Shown: positions 47,494 to 56,887, counted from the stretch's first letter. The stretch is DNA of 64,000 bases from an uncultured Clostridia bacterium (GCA_944346885.1 CALVMR010000022.1:5924-69923); one strand, 5' to 3'. The notes: a model not told the origin generated them from the sequence alone. A program made the numbers and translations.

Positions 47494-48627
47494 CTACGGC
47501 AGCAGCTCCTTTGCCGCCGCGCGCGCGGCGCGGTCCGCTTCGGCAAGCTGCCCGTAGCTTACCGCCTCTTCGCGCACGGTGCGCGCGAGCACGGCATCTA
47601 TAATTTCCGCAATTTGCGTGTATTTTATTTGCCCGTTCAAAAAAGCGGAGACGGCAACTTCGCCCGCGGCGTTGAGCGCGCAGGGCACCGTGCCGCCCGC
47701 CCGCGCCGCGGCGAGCGCGAGCGTAAAGCAGGGATAGCGCGCCGCCTGCACCTCTTTAAAGTGCAGCGCGCCGATTTTGCAAAAATCGACGGGCGGCAGA
47801 CCGCAGGAGAGCCGCTGCGGATAGGTAAAAGCCAGTTGAATGGGAAGCTCCATCGAGGGCACGCCCATCTGCGCGAGCACGGCGCCGTCTGCAAACTCCA
47901 CCATCGAATGCACGATGCTTTCGCGGTGGAGCAGCACTCGTATCTGCGGAAGCGCCGCGCCGAACAGGTGCATCGCCTCGATCACTTCAAACCCCTTGTT
48001 GAGCATGGTGGCGCAGTCGATGGTGATCTTATCCCCCATGCGCCAATTCGGGTGTGCCAGCGCCTGTTTGGCGGTGACGCGGGAAAGGTCTTTGAGCGGC
48101 ACGTCGCGCAGCGCGCCGCCGCTTGCCGTGAGCAGGATGCGCGAAAAGGGCGCGCGGCGCGAAAAGCCCAAACACTGCCAGATCGCGGAATGCTCGCTGT
48201 CTACCGGCAAGATGCGCGCCCCTTTTTTTTCGGCGAGCGCGTTTACGAGCGCGCCGCCCGCGACCAAACTCTCTTTGTTGGCGAGCGCCACGTCTTTTCC
48301 CGCCTCCAAGGCGAGCAGCGTTGCTTTCAGCCCCGCAAACCCCGTAACGGCGACGAGCACGATATCCGCTTCGGCAAAGGCGCACGCCTCTTCAAACGCC
48401 GCTTCGCCGTAGGCGAAGCGGCAGCCTGCGGGCACTTCCGCCGCGGCGCCCTCCTGCCGCAGTACGGCAAGGCGGGGGCGCAGGCGCGCCGCCTGCGCGG
48501 ATAACATCGCCGCGCCCGTGTTTGCGGCGACGGCAACCACCTCGAATTGCTGCGGATGGCGGAGCACCACCTGCTCCGCCTGCCTTCCGATCGAACCAGT
48601 GCTGCCGATGAGCGCGATCTTTTTCAT
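47494..48627 (-). CDS. dxr: 1-deoxy-D-xylulose 5-phosphate reductoisomerase
   Basis: Start set at ATG 48627 (MKKIALIGSTGSIGRQ). Also LANKESLV, PVDSEHSAI and HPNWRMG. Confidence 0.92.
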   Translation of the reverse strand: MKKIALIGSTGSIGRQAEQVVLRHPQQFEVVAVAANTGAAMLSAQAARLRPRLAVLRQEGAAAEVPAGCRFAYGEAAFEEACAFAEADIVLVAVTGFAGLKATLLALEAGKDVALANKESLVAGGALVNALAEKKGARILPVDSEHSAIWQCLGFSRRAPFSRILLTASGGALRDVPLKDLSRVTAKQALAHPNWRMGDKITIDCATMLNKGFEVIEAMHLFGAALPQIRVLLHRESIVHSMVEFADGAVLAQMGVPSMELPIQLAFTYPQRLSCGLPPVDFCKIGALHFKEVQAARYPCFTLALAAARAGGTVPCALNAAGEVAVSAFLNGQIKYTQIAEIIDAVLARTVREEAVSYGQLAEADRAARAAAKELLP

Positions 48628-48832
48628 ACCGTCTTCTCCTCTACTGTATGCGCGCCGCCGCCCGCTTATGCGGCGGACGCGCGGTCCCCCCCCTGCGGGG
48701 ATCGGGCGTACGGTTCCCCCTGCGGGGATCGGGCGCGGCGCTTCGTTCCGCGCCGCACCGCCGTGCACAAAACAAAAAATACCAAAACCCGCTTCAAAGA
48801 CAAAAGATACCCGCGCGGGGTATCTTCTTTTT

Positions 48833-49876
48833 TTATGCCGTTGCCACGGGCGTGATGAGCAGGGCAAACAGGATGTACACGATCATGCTGGCAAACAGCG
48901 TGCCGTCGATCCGATCGAGCACACCGCCGTGCCCCGGCAAAAGCCGCCCCATGTCTTTAACGCCCAAGCGGCGTTTGATGACGCTCTCCACGAGGTCCCC
49001 GAATTCGGTGAGCAGCGACGTGACCAACCCCAGCACCACGAACAGGACCCAGCTCGTTCCTGCCCAAGCGGCGCCCACGCCCGCGTACTCGTACCCCGTG
49101 CACACGGTGTACAGCCAGTACAAAAGCACGCTTGCCGCCGTGCCGAACACCACCCCGCCGACGGCGCCCGAAACCGTTTTGTGCGGGCTGATGGAGGGGC
49201 AGAGTTTTTTGCCTTTGAATAAGCTGCCCGTGAGGTACGCAAACGTATCGGCGACGGGCGAAATGACGAAGATGAGCAGCAGCGCCAGCGTAGACGCGGT
49301 ATGCAATTCGTTGGCGAGCATCATTGTGGCGAGGATCGCCGTAGGATAGATGCCGCACAGCAGCGAAGCGCCCGTGCCCGCCAGCGTGGTGTGGCGGAAA
49401 TCGATGACCAACAGGCACAGCAGCACCACGGCGAACGCAAACGAAAAAATGAGCGCGCCGCGGTATCCGGACCCGTCTTCCAGCCATTCGCACAGATAAA
49501 ACAGCGGCGTGAAAACGCCCGCAAATACCCATACGGCGATCTTTTGCGAGAGGCTGAGCGTGGAAGACGGTGCGGCAGACGCGACCTGCGCGCCCGTTTG
49601 CACTTTCGCCGCATTAGTTTCCTCGCCCGTTTGCGCTTTCGCCGCATCGGTTTTTGTATGCTCCTGCGCTTTCACCGCGCCGTTTTCTACACCCGTCTGC
49701 GGCAGCGACGCGCCGTTTTCCCGCCCGTGCGAAAAGGCGTGCAGCATCTCATAGGTGCCGAACAGAGAAAAGGCGTAAATGAGGATCCCGAACAGGCGGT
49801 GATCCACATACCGCAAAAAGAAAAAGCCGACGAGCACCGCCACATAGCAGATGCCCGTTATCAATCGTTTGATCAT
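48833..49876 (-). CDS. cdsA: Phosphatidate cytidylyltransferase, with a repeat-containing insert of about 65 aa
   Basis: Start set at ATG 49876 (MIKRLITGICYVAVL). The C-terminal signature is SVIKRRLGVKDMGRLLPGHGGVLDRIDG. There is a 4-nt overlap with the uppS stop. Confidence 0.88.
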   Translation of the reverse strand: MIKRLITGICYVAVLVGFFFLRYVDHRLFGILIYAFSLFGTYEMLHAFSHGRENGASLPQTGVENGAVKAQEHTKTDAAKAQTGEETNAAKVQTGAQVASAAPSSTLSLSQKIAVWVFAGVFTPLFYLCEWLEDGSGYRGALIFSFAFAVVLLCLLVIDFRHTTLAGTGASLLCGIYPTAILATMMLANELHTASTLALLLIFVISPVADTFAYLTGSLFKGKKLCPSISPHKTVSGAVGGVVFGTAASVLLYWLYTVCTGYEYAGVGAAWAGTSWVLFVVLGLVTSLLTEFGDLVESVIKRRLGVKDMGRLLPGHGGVLDRIDGTLFASMIVYILFALLITPVATA

Positions 49877-50577
49877 GCCTGCTCCTTGCCGCGCAGCCCG
49901 CCGAAACGGCGACTGCGCGACGCATAGTTCACCAGCGCCTTTTCCAGATCCCGCCGCGAAAATTCCGGCCACATTTTCGGGGAAAAGTACAGCTCGGCAT
50001 ACGCCGCCTGGTAAAGCAAAAAATTGCTCAGACGCATTTCGTTGCCCGTGCGGATGATCAGATCCGGGTCGGGCACGCCCGCCGTAAGCAGCAGCGCATG
50101 AAAACTTGCGTCGTCTACAAACCTGCCCAGCGCCACGGCGCGGTTGACCGCCTGCAACACGTCTTGCCGGGCGCCGTAATTGACGCAGATGTTTAAGAGA
50201 GAAGCGGTCCTTTGCGCCGTTTCTTCCATGAGCGCGCGCATGCTTACCTGCACATCGGCAGGCAGCGCGGAAAGATCGCCGATGACGTTGATGCGGGCGC
50301 CCAATTCCAGCAATTTATCCTTTTTTTTGTCAAAAAACGTGCGGAACAGCCCGTACAGCTCGTCCAATTCTTCCTGCGGGCGCGTGAGGTTTTCCGCCGA
50401 AAGCGCAAACACCGTAACGATCTGCACGCCCAAATGAAAGGCGTGCCCGCAGATGCGGAACATGTTCTGCACCCCCGCCCTGTGCCCGAATGCGCGCGGA
50501 CGCAGGCGGCGCGTAGCCCATCTGCCGTTGCCGTCCATGATCAGCGCGAGGTGCACGGGCAATTTGATCTCTTTCAT
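49873..50577 (-). CDS. uppS: Isoprenyl transferase (undecaprenyl-diphosphate synthase)
   Basis: HLALIMDGNGRWA, FALSAENLTRPQEE, IRTGNEMRLSNFLLYQAAYAELYF. Confidence 0.93.
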   Translation of the reverse strand: MKEIKLPVHLALIMDGNGRWATRRLRPRAFGHRAGVQNMFRICGHAFHLGVQIVTVFALSAENLTRPQEELDELYGLFRTFFDKKKDKLLELGARINVIGDLSALPADVQVSMRALMEETAQRTASLLNICVNYGARQDVLQAVNRAVALGRFVDDASFHALLLTAGVPDPDLIIRTGNEMRLSNFLLYQAAYAELYFSPKMWPEFSRRDLEKALVNYASRSRRFGGLRGKEQA

Positions 50578-50580
50578 GCG

Positions 50581-51147
50581 TTATACGGACATCAGTTCCT
50601 TTTCTTTGTCGGCGGCGTGCTTTTCAATGCTCTCGATGCTCTTGGAGAGCGCTTTTTCCACCTGCTTTTCGTAGGAAGCGCACTCATCCTCCGAAAGTTC
50701 CTTCGCCGTTTTCATCTTTTTGAGCGCTTCCATCGTATCGCGGCGCACGTTGCGCGCGGCGACTTTTGCCTCTTCGGAGAGCTGTTTGACCTGTTTTGCA
50801 AGGTCGCGGCGGCGCTCCTCGGTGAGGTCGGGGAACACGAGGCGGATCACCTTGCCGTCGTTGACGGGGTTGAGCCCGATGTTGGAGGCAAGGATCGCCT
50901 TTTCGATGTTTTTGAGCATGCTCGCCTCCCACGGACTGATGGTGAGGCACTTTGCATCCGTTACGGCGATGTTGCCCACTTGGTTGACGGGCGTGGGCGC
51001 CCCGTAGTAATCGACCAGCACTTTATCCAGCACGTGCGGGTTTGCCCTGCCTGCGCGGATGTTGGTGAACGACTCGCGCAATACGCTTGCCGTTTTATCC
51101 AGCTTGTCTTCGAGCACGAGCAAGAGCTCTTCTGCCTTTTCGTTCAT
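50581..51147 (-). CDS. frr: Ribosome recycling factor
   Basis: 188 aa with IRAGRANPHVLD and LTEERRRDLAKQVK. Confidence 0.93.
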   Translation of the reverse strand: MNEKAEELLLVLEDKLDKTASVLRESFTNIRAGRANPHVLDKVLVDYYGAPTPVNQVGNIAVTDAKCLTISPWEASMLKNIEKAILASNIGLNPVNDGKVIRLVFPDLTEERRRDLAKQVKQLSEEAKVAARNVRRDTMEALKKMKTAKELSEDECASYEKQVEKALSKSIESIEKHAADKEKELMSV

Positions 51148-51875
51148 GCCTGTTCCCTCCCTGTTGATTCGTTGGTGATGAGTGTGCCGATGCGTTCGCC
51201 GCAGATAGCGCGCACGATTGCGTCCTTATCCGACAGCGCGAACACGAGCACGGGGATATCGTTATCCATGCACATGGTGATGGCGGTGGTATCCATCGCC
51301 TTCAACCCGCGGTTGATCACTTCCATGTGCGTGATGGTATCGAACTTTTTCGCGTTCGGGTTTTTGCGGGGATCGTCGTCGTATACGCCGTCGATGTTTT
51401 TGGCGAGCAGCAAAATATCCGCATTGGTCTCTGCCGTGCGCAGCGCCGCGCCCGTATCCGTCGAGCAATACGGGTTGCCCGTACCGCAGGCGAAGATGAC
51501 TACCCGCCCCAGCTCGAAATGCCGCAGCGCCTTGCGCAAAATAAACGGCTCCGCCACGGAAACCATGTTCAGCGCCGTCTGCACCCGCACGGGCACGCCG
51601 CGCTGTTCGATGGCGTCCTGCATGGCAAGCGAATTGATGACCGTTGCCAGCATGCCCATGTGATCGGCGGTGGTGCGGTCCATGTTGGTGCCCTGCCTGC
51701 CCCGCCAAAAGTTGCCCCCGCCGAGCACGATGCCGATCTCTACGCCCATCTCGTGGATACGGATGAGCTGATCCACCACCTGCGCGATGATCTTTTCGTC
51801 CAGCCCGAAGCCCGCCTCGCCCGCGAGCGCCTCGCCGGAAAGTTTGAGTACGATCCTCTTGTATTTCGGCTGCAT
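51144..51875 (-). CDS. pyrH: UMP kinase
   Basis: YKRIVLKLSGEAL, GGGNFWRG, TDTGAALRAAE-like CSTDTGAALRTAE. There is a 4-nt overlap with frr. Confidence 0.93.
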   Translation of the reverse strand: MQPKYKRIVLKLSGEALAGEAGFGLDEKIIAQVVDQLIRIHEMGVEIGIVLGGGNFWRGRQGTNMDRTTADHMGMLATVINSLAMQDAIEQRGVPVRVQTALNMVSVAEPFILRKALRHFELGRVVIFACGTGNPYCSTDTGAALRTAETNADILLLAKNIDGVYDDDPRKNPNAKKFDTITHMEVINRGLKAMDTTAITMCMDNDIPVLVFALSDKDAIVRAICGERIGTLITNESTGREQA

Positions 51876-51958
51876 GGCCGCCCCCTTGTTGTTTCCGCTC
51901 TGCGGTTTTTAAAAAAAGGCGCACAAATGCTTTTCAGATCCGTGCGCCTGCGTGTTTG

Positions 51959-52618
51959 TTACTCTTTCATCTTTGCAACTTGCTTATCGACTTCCGCCTG
52001 CAAGTCTTCCTTTCTCTTTTCGATGCCCTCGCCCATCTCGTAACGGGTAAAGCGGCGGACGGTGATCTTTTCGCCGATGGAGGCGATCGCCTCGGTGATC
52101 AGCTGCCCCACCGTTTTGGAAGAATCTTTTACGAAGGGCTGTTCGAGCAGGCAGAACTCTTCATAGTACTTTTTGATCCTGCCCTGCACCATCTTTTCGG
52201 CAATGGCTTCGGGCTTGCCCTCGTTCATCGCCTGCACCTTCAAAATCTCCTTTTCCTTATCGAGCACCTCTTCGGGCACCTCTTCCTTTGCCACATACAG
52301 GGGCTTGGACGCCGCGATCTGCAACGCGATGTCGTGCACGAGCGCTTTGAACTGCTCGCCGCGCGCCACAAAGTCTGTTTCGCAGTTGACTTCGACGAGC
52401 ACGCCGACTTTGCCGCCCATGTGGATATAACTGTCCACAACGCCTTCGGCGGCGATGCGCCCCGCCTTTTTCGCGGCGGACGCCATGCCTTTTTCGCGCA
52501 AGATCTCGATCGCCTTCTCCATGTCTCCGTCGGCTTCGGTCAGCGCCTTTTTGCAATCCATCATGCCCACGCCCGTCCTCTGGCGCAGCGCGTTTACGTC
52601 GCTTGCGGTAATTGCCAT
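51959..52618 (-). CDS. tsf: Translation elongation factor Ts (short form)
   Basis: [44 protein letters not shown]. Confidence 0.93.
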   Translation of the reverse strand: MAITASDVNALRQRTGVGMMDCKKALTEADGDMEKAIEILREKGMASAAKKAGRIAAEGVVDSYIHMGGKVGVLVEVNCETDFVARGEQFKALVHDIALQIAASKPLYVAKEEVPEEVLDKEKEILKVQAMNEGKPEAIAEKMVQGRIKKYYEEFCLLEQPFVKDSSKTVGQLITEAIASIGEKITVRRFTRYEMGEGIEKRKEDLQAEVDKQVAKMKE

Positions 52619-52657
52619 GATATACGCACCTCTCTTGTTTTTGTTTTTATAGGAGCC

Positions 52658-53461
52658 TTATTCCGCGGCTTCCTCGGCGGGCGCTTCCGCGGCTTCCTCC
52701 GCGGCTTCTTCCGCCGCCTCAGCGGGCGCTTCCGCCTCTTCGGCGGGCGCTTCCTCTGCGGATTCGGCATTAAACGCCTCGCCCTGGTTTGCTTCGAGCA
52801 CCGCGTTGGCGATGACCGAAGAAAGCAGTTTGACCGCACGGATCGCGTCGTCGTTGCCGGGGATCACATAATCGATGAGATCGGGGTCGCAGTTGGTATC
52901 CGTAATGGCGACGATGGGGATGTGCAGCTTGCGCGCCTCCTGCACGGCGATATCCTCGTTGTGCGGATCGACGACGAACAGCGCGCCCGGCAGCGTGCGC
53001 ATCTCTTTGATGCCGCCCAGGTTTGCGTTCAGCTTTGCCATCTCCTTTTTGAGGCCCAGCACTTCCTTTTTGGGCAAAAGGTCGAACTCGCCGCTCTCTT
53101 CCATCTTTTCCAAACGGGTCAAACGGTCGATGCGGGAGCGGATGGTCTTAAAGTTGGTGAGCGTGCCGCCCAGCCAGCGGGAGTTGATGTAGAACTGCCC
53201 GCAGCGCTCCGCCTCCTCGCGGATCGCCTCCTGCGCCTGCTTTTTGGTGCCGACGAACAGGATGCTCTTGCCCGCTTTGACCGTATCGACGACAAAGCGG
53301 TACGCCTTTTCGACAAGACCGACCGTAAGTTGCAGGTCGATGATGTGGATGTCGTTCCTCGCGGCGAAGATATACTTCTTCATCTTCGGGTTCCATTTCC
53401 GCGTTTGGTGGCCGAAATGAACGCCCGCTTCGAGGAGCTGCTTCATTGTGATCACTGCCAT
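52658..53461 (-). CDS. rpsB: 30S ribosomal protein S2, with an Ala/Glu-rich C-terminal tail
   Basis: [52 protein letters not shown]. The tail is [25 protein letters not shown]. Confidence 0.95.
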   Translation of the reverse strand: MAVITMKQLLEAGVHFGHQTRKWNPKMKKYIFAARNDIHIIDLQLTVGLVEKAYRFVVDTVKAGKSILFVGTKKQAQEAIREEAERCGQFYINSRWLGGTLTNFKTIRSRIDRLTRLEKMEESGEFDLLPKKEVLGLKKEMAKLNANLGGIKEMRTLPGALFVVDPHNEDIAVQEARKLHIPIVAITDTNCDPDLIDYVIPGNDDAIRAVKLLSSVIANAVLEANQGEAFNAESAEEAPAEEAEAPAEAAEEAAEEAAEAPAEEAAE

Positions 53462-53581
53462 AATGATTCCTCCGTTTTTTCCTCCCCCGCCCGCTGTTTG
53501 CCCGCCCAGCCTGCCGCTGAAACAAATTTCGGCAGGAACGGAATGCGGAACGCACGGGGTGTGAATTTTTACAGCTTTCCT

Positions 53582-53610
53582 ATTTTAGCACAAGAAGGCG
53601 GTTTTGGCAA
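53582..53610 (-). promoter_or_regulatory. rpsB-tsf promoter
   Basis: In minus sense, TTGCCA-17 nt-TAAAAT with TGc extended -10. The leader of about 120 nt contains the hairpin CUGCCG...CGGCAG. Confidence 0.55.
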
Positions 53611-53763
53611 CCGATTTTGCCCGCATTTGCCCGCTTTTTCAAGGCGGCGCAAAGAAAGCCGCGCGTTTTTTAAACCGGGCGGGCAGCCGCAGCGCGGCGC
53701 GCCCGCCCGCGGGCGCGCCGCTTGGGAAACGTTTTTACCCGGTCCAAAACTTTTTCCGCGCGC

Positions 53764-54582
53764 TTACCGTTTTTTATGGTCGTGGTGCTTGCACCCGCAC
53801 CCGCAGCCCTCTTCGTAATCGGTATCGAGGGAGGCGGCTTCGTCGGCGTCGTCGTCCTCTTCCATCACGCGGCAAAACTCGTCGAACACCTCGTCCAGCA
53901 GCTTTTCGTCTTCAACGGGCACGAGCTCTTCGCTCCCCTCGTCGCCGACGATCTGCAAGATGGTCACTTCGTCGCTCTCCTCCTCGCCCTCTTCGGCGGA
54001 TTGGAAAAAGGCGTACCAACCGTCTTTGTACTCGATGGTGCCGATGTGGTAGCACTTATGCGTTTTGCTCTCGTCGTCGATGAGTTCGACGAGGTTGCTC
54101 TCTTCCTCTTCGCAGTCGCATTCGGCTTCATGCAGTTTCTTTTCTTCGCTCATGGTCCTCTCCTTTTTGGTTTTATTTAGATACCCTTCCAAAATGTAGG
54201 AAGCGGCAATGCTATCGATGCTCTCTTTCCGCTTTTCGCGGCGGACGCCGCCCGCAATGAGCACGCCCTCCGCCTCCGTTGTGGTGCAGCGCTCGTCCTC
54301 AAACACGACGGGAAGGGGCGTGCACGCCGCCAAAAGCGCGGCAAAACGGCGCACTTTGCCCGTCTGCTCCGATTCGCTGCCGTCCGCGTTCAGCGGCAGC
54401 CCGCACACGATAAGCCCCGCGCCCTTTTCCGCGGCGATGCGCGCCAGCGCCTTTGCGTCCTCCTCCGCGTTTTTGGTGCGGAAGTACGTTTGCCCCGGAA
54501 GGGCATAGGTATTGAACGGGTCGCTTGCGGCAACGCCGATCCGTTTATCGCCTATATCGAACGCTACGATACGCTTTTCCAT
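53764..54582 (-). CDS. ruvX: Holliday-junction-resolvase-like RuvX (YqgF) fused in frame to a DUF1292-like acidic domain
   Basis: The RuvX part is aa 1-140 (VAFDIGDKRIGVAASD...DERCTT...SIDSIAASYILEGYL). There is no stop. Then MSEEKKLHEAE...NLVELIDDESKTHKCYHIGTIEYKDGWYAFF...VTILQIVGDEGSEELVPVED (DUF1292-like). The internal ATG at 54153 is preceded by AAGGAGAGG. Confidence 0.7.
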   Translation of the reverse strand: MEKRIVAFDIGDKRIGVAASDPFNTYALPGQTYFRTKNAEEDAKALARIAAEKGAGLIVCGLPLNADGSESEQTGKVRRFAALLAACTPLPVVFEDERCTTTEAEGVLIAGGVRREKRKESIDSIAASYILEGYLNKTKKERTMSEEKKLHEAECDCEEEESNLVELIDDESKTHKCYHIGTIEYKDGWYAFFQSAEEGEEESDEVTILQIVGDEGSEELVPVEDEKLLDEVFDEFCRVMEEDDDADEAASLDTDYEEGCGCGCKHHDHKKR

Positions 54583-54754
54583 GCAATTTCCTTTGCGGTG
54601 CCCGTTTTGTAAAAGTATACCACACGCGCGGCGCGCCGTCTACCCTTTTTCCGAAAATTGTGCGCCGCGCACAAAAGTTCCGCCGCAATTCCGCCGCGCG
54701 CACGCACGGCGCACACAAAAAAAACGGCCCGCCCGCTTTGCGGGCGGCGCGGCG

Positions 54755-55522
54755 CTACCCCCGCCCTTTTTTGCGGGCGCGGAGCAAGCGCACGGCAAGC
54801 ACCGCCCCGCCCAGCACGATAAGCGCGAGGGAGAGGATCTGCGAGGGAGAAAGGAGCGCGCCGAACAGAGAACCGCGGTCGTCTGCGCGCAAAAATTCGA
54901 TGCAGAACCGCCCTATGCCGTACAGAATGCAATAAAAGGGCAGCGCGTCCTTTTTCAGCCAAAAAAAGAGCACGAAGAACAGCGCCAGCAAAAACGCCGC
55001 CTCGTACAGCTGGGTGGGGTGGACCGCCGCTTCCCCGCCGTAGAACGCATAGGCGTCCGAGCCTTCGGGGAAGACAACGCCCCACGCCCCGCCCGTTGGC
55101 TTGCCGAAGCAGCATCCGCCCAAAAAACAGCCGATCCGCCCCAAACAGTGCCCCGCGGGGATGCATGCCGCCAGCTCGCACAAGCGGGTGTAGACCGGCA
55201 CCGTTCTGTTTTTGATGAGCAGCAGCGCCGGCGGATACAGCGCCAAAGCGCACAAAAGCCCGCCGTAAAAGGTGGCGCCGGAAATCTTAAAGGCGCCGCG
55301 CTCGCCCCATTTGAGCAGCGCGTCCAGCACGGCGGCGCCGCCGAGAGAGAGCAGCGCCACAACGACAAACGCGATGAGGACGAACAGGTTTTCGTTGAAA
55401 CAGCCCTTATGCCTGCGCAGCGTAACAAGGAGCAGCAGCACAAAGCACAGCACCGCCCCCGCCGCAAACAGCAGCGCATAGGGGCGGAACGTGACGCCGA
55501 ACAGCGTAAACGACGCGCACAT
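54755..55522 (-). CDS. lgt: Prolipoprotein diacylglyceryl transferase
   Basis: Start set at ATG 55522 (MCASFTLFGVTFRPYALLFA). Motifs: GRIGCFLGGCCFGKPT, HPTQLYEA, GIGRFCIEFLRADD. Confidence 0.85.
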   Translation of the reverse strand: MCASFTLFGVTFRPYALLFAAGAVLCFVLLLLVTLRRHKGCFNENLFVLIAFVVVALLSLGGAAVLDALLKWGERGAFKISGATFYGGLLCALALYPPALLLIKNRTVPVYTRLCELAACIPAGHCLGRIGCFLGGCCFGKPTGGAWGVVFPEGSDAYAFYGGEAAVHPTQLYEAAFLLALFFVLFFWLKKDALPFYCILYGIGRFCIEFLRADDRGSLFGALLSPSQILSLALIVLGGAVLAVRLLRARKKGRG

Positions 55523-55527
55523 ACGCC

Positions 55528-56160
55528 CTATCGGCGCCCGTCCTCGTTGTGTTCGCCCTGTTGCGGCTGCGCACCCTGCTGCGGCTGCGTGCCCTGTTGC
55601 GACTGCATACCCTGCTGCGGCTGCGTGCCCTGCTGCGGGCGGGGCTGCCCGCCGTACGGAGGCTGCCCGTAATACGGCTGCTGCGGGATGCCGTACGGGG
55701 GCTGCCCGTAATACGGAGGGGTGTACGGGGGCTGCCCGTAATACGGTTGCTGCGGGGCGGGCGCCTCTTTGGGCGCCTTGCGGAAACCGAAGCAGACCGC
55801 GACCAAAAACAGAATGAGCGCGAAAATCGTAAACATTTCGCCGACAAAGGTGAACATGCCCTCCGTATACAGCATCGTGACGACGATATGCCCGATGCAA
55901 AACAGCATTGCAAACAAAAGCAATACGCCGCCCGCGCGTTTAAACCCGAACGCCAAGATCGAGCCGATCAACCCGATCACGGGGCCGCCCAGCCCGAAAA
56001 CGATAAACAGCACCATCCAGATCGTTTCCGCTCTTCCGACCTCGGCGACCTCGTTCATCGTTCCCCAAAAATCTGCGCAGGACACCCAAAAAAATCCGCC
56101 GATCAGCCCGAAAAAGGTGCCTATGATGCCGCATACCAGCGGCGCAATGTTCTTTTTCAT
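55528..56160 (-). CDS. Polytopic membrane protein with a Pro/Gln/Tyr-rich repetitive C-terminal tail
   Basis: Four TM helices (MKKNIAPLVCGIIGTFFGLIGGFFW...), then repeats of YYGQPPY and QPQQG(T/M/A). It is a paralog of 56465-56887. Confidence 0.65.
   Translation of the reverse strand: MKKNIAPLVCGIIGTFFGLIGGFFWVSCADFWGTMNEVAEVGRAETIWMVLFIVFGLGGPVIGLIGSILAFGFKRAGGVLLLFAMLFCIGHIVVTMLYTEGMFTFVGEMFTIFALILFLVAVCFGFRKAPKEAPAPQQPYYGQPPYTPPYYGQPPYGIPQQPYYGQPPYGGQPRPQQGTQPQQGMQSQQGTQPQQGAQPQQGEHNEDGRR
55556..55645. repeat. Five tandem 18-bp coding repeats (QPQQGx hexapeptides)
   Basis: Units such as CCCTGTTGCGGCTGCGCA / CCCTGCTGCGGCTGCGTG, followed at 55646-55760 by reiterated GGGGGCTGCCCGTAATACGG units. 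Confidence 0.85.
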
Positions 56161-56319
56161 CCTTCTCTCCTTTCTCCGCGCGTTTGCACGGAACGGTTAT
56201 AGTATACCGTATACGGTGCATTTTGTCAATCTTTTCGGAAAAACCCGAAAAAAAGAAGCGGAAAAACCCCGCGTTTTTGCCCGTTTTTTGCGCCTTTTCG
56301 GAAAAACACGGCAATTTTT

Positions 56320-56353
56320 TACAAAAAAAGCGCCCGCAGGCATGCCTGCGGGC
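56320..56353 (-). terminator. Intrinsic terminator after the 140-aa membrane protein gene
   Basis: Perfect 22-bp palindrome GCCCGCAGGCATGCCTGCGGGC, followed in minus sense by GCTTTTTTTGT. Confidence 0.75.
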
Positions 56354-56464
56354 AAGCGGACGCGCCGCGAAAAAAAATTCCGCTCGCAACAAACGCGCCG
56401 CGGAAAAAATTTCCGCTTTCGGCGCACCCGCTTCCGCCCTTTTCGCGGCGCGGAAAAACCGCGC

Positions 56465-56887
56465 TCATTCGTCGTCCTCTTCGCCGTCGCCTTCTTCCGC
56501 CTGCTGCTTCACCCATTCGGGCGCGTGTTCGAACGCCAAGGCGGCGGCAAGCCCCGAAACGGCGGCGCAGATGAGCGGAAACAGCTCTCCGACGACGCGG
56601 AACTCGCCCGCGTACACGCACGAGAGCGGCACAAGCGCCACAGCAAACAGCGCGGCAACGGAAAGCAGCACGCCGCCGCTGCGGTGCCAGCCAAAACCGA
56701 GCATGCCGCCCACAAGCCCGATCAGCGGGCCGACCATGCCGAGCACGATAAAACAGAGAATGTAGACGGCGCTCTGCGGGTGATGCACGTTGGAAAACGC
56801 CACCCAATAAATGCCGCCCGCCAGCCCGACGGGCACGGCAATGATCGCCGCCGCCAACGCCGGTCCGTTTTTGCGTCTTTTTTTCAT
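56465..56887 (-). CDS. Polytopic membrane protein, a paralog of 55528-56160 with an acidic tail
   Basis: Start set at ATG 56887 (MKKRRKNGPALAAAIIAVPVGLAGGIYW). VGPLIGLVGGMLGFGWHRSGGVLL parallels GGPVIGLIGSILAFGFKRAGGVLL in the neighbour. Confidence 0.6.
   Translation of the reverse strand: MKKRRKNGPALAAAIIAVPVGLAGGIYWVAFSNVHHPQSAVYILCFIVLGMVGPLIGLVGGMLGFGWHRSGGVLLSVAALFAVALVPLSCVYAGEFRVVGELFPLICAAVSGLAAALAFEHAPEWVKQQAEEGDGEEDDE

Noticed and set aside
46156-48504. 782-aa plus-strand ORF, with similar long antisense ORFs at 39021-40664, 51956-53818, 23443-25344 and 4256-5908
   Set aside because: All are antisense to strongly supported housekeeping genes (rseP/dxr, secA, tsf/rpsB, the P-type ATPase, the ABC exporter) and have Arg/Gly/Ala-rich composition with no motifs.
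55556-55760. Possible CRISPR-like or other array, given the regular short repeats
   Set aside because: The repeats are contiguous, with no spacers. They are in frame and encode a Pro/Gln/Tyr-rich tail of a membrane protein. No cas genes and no repeat-spacer architecture occur anywhere in the window.
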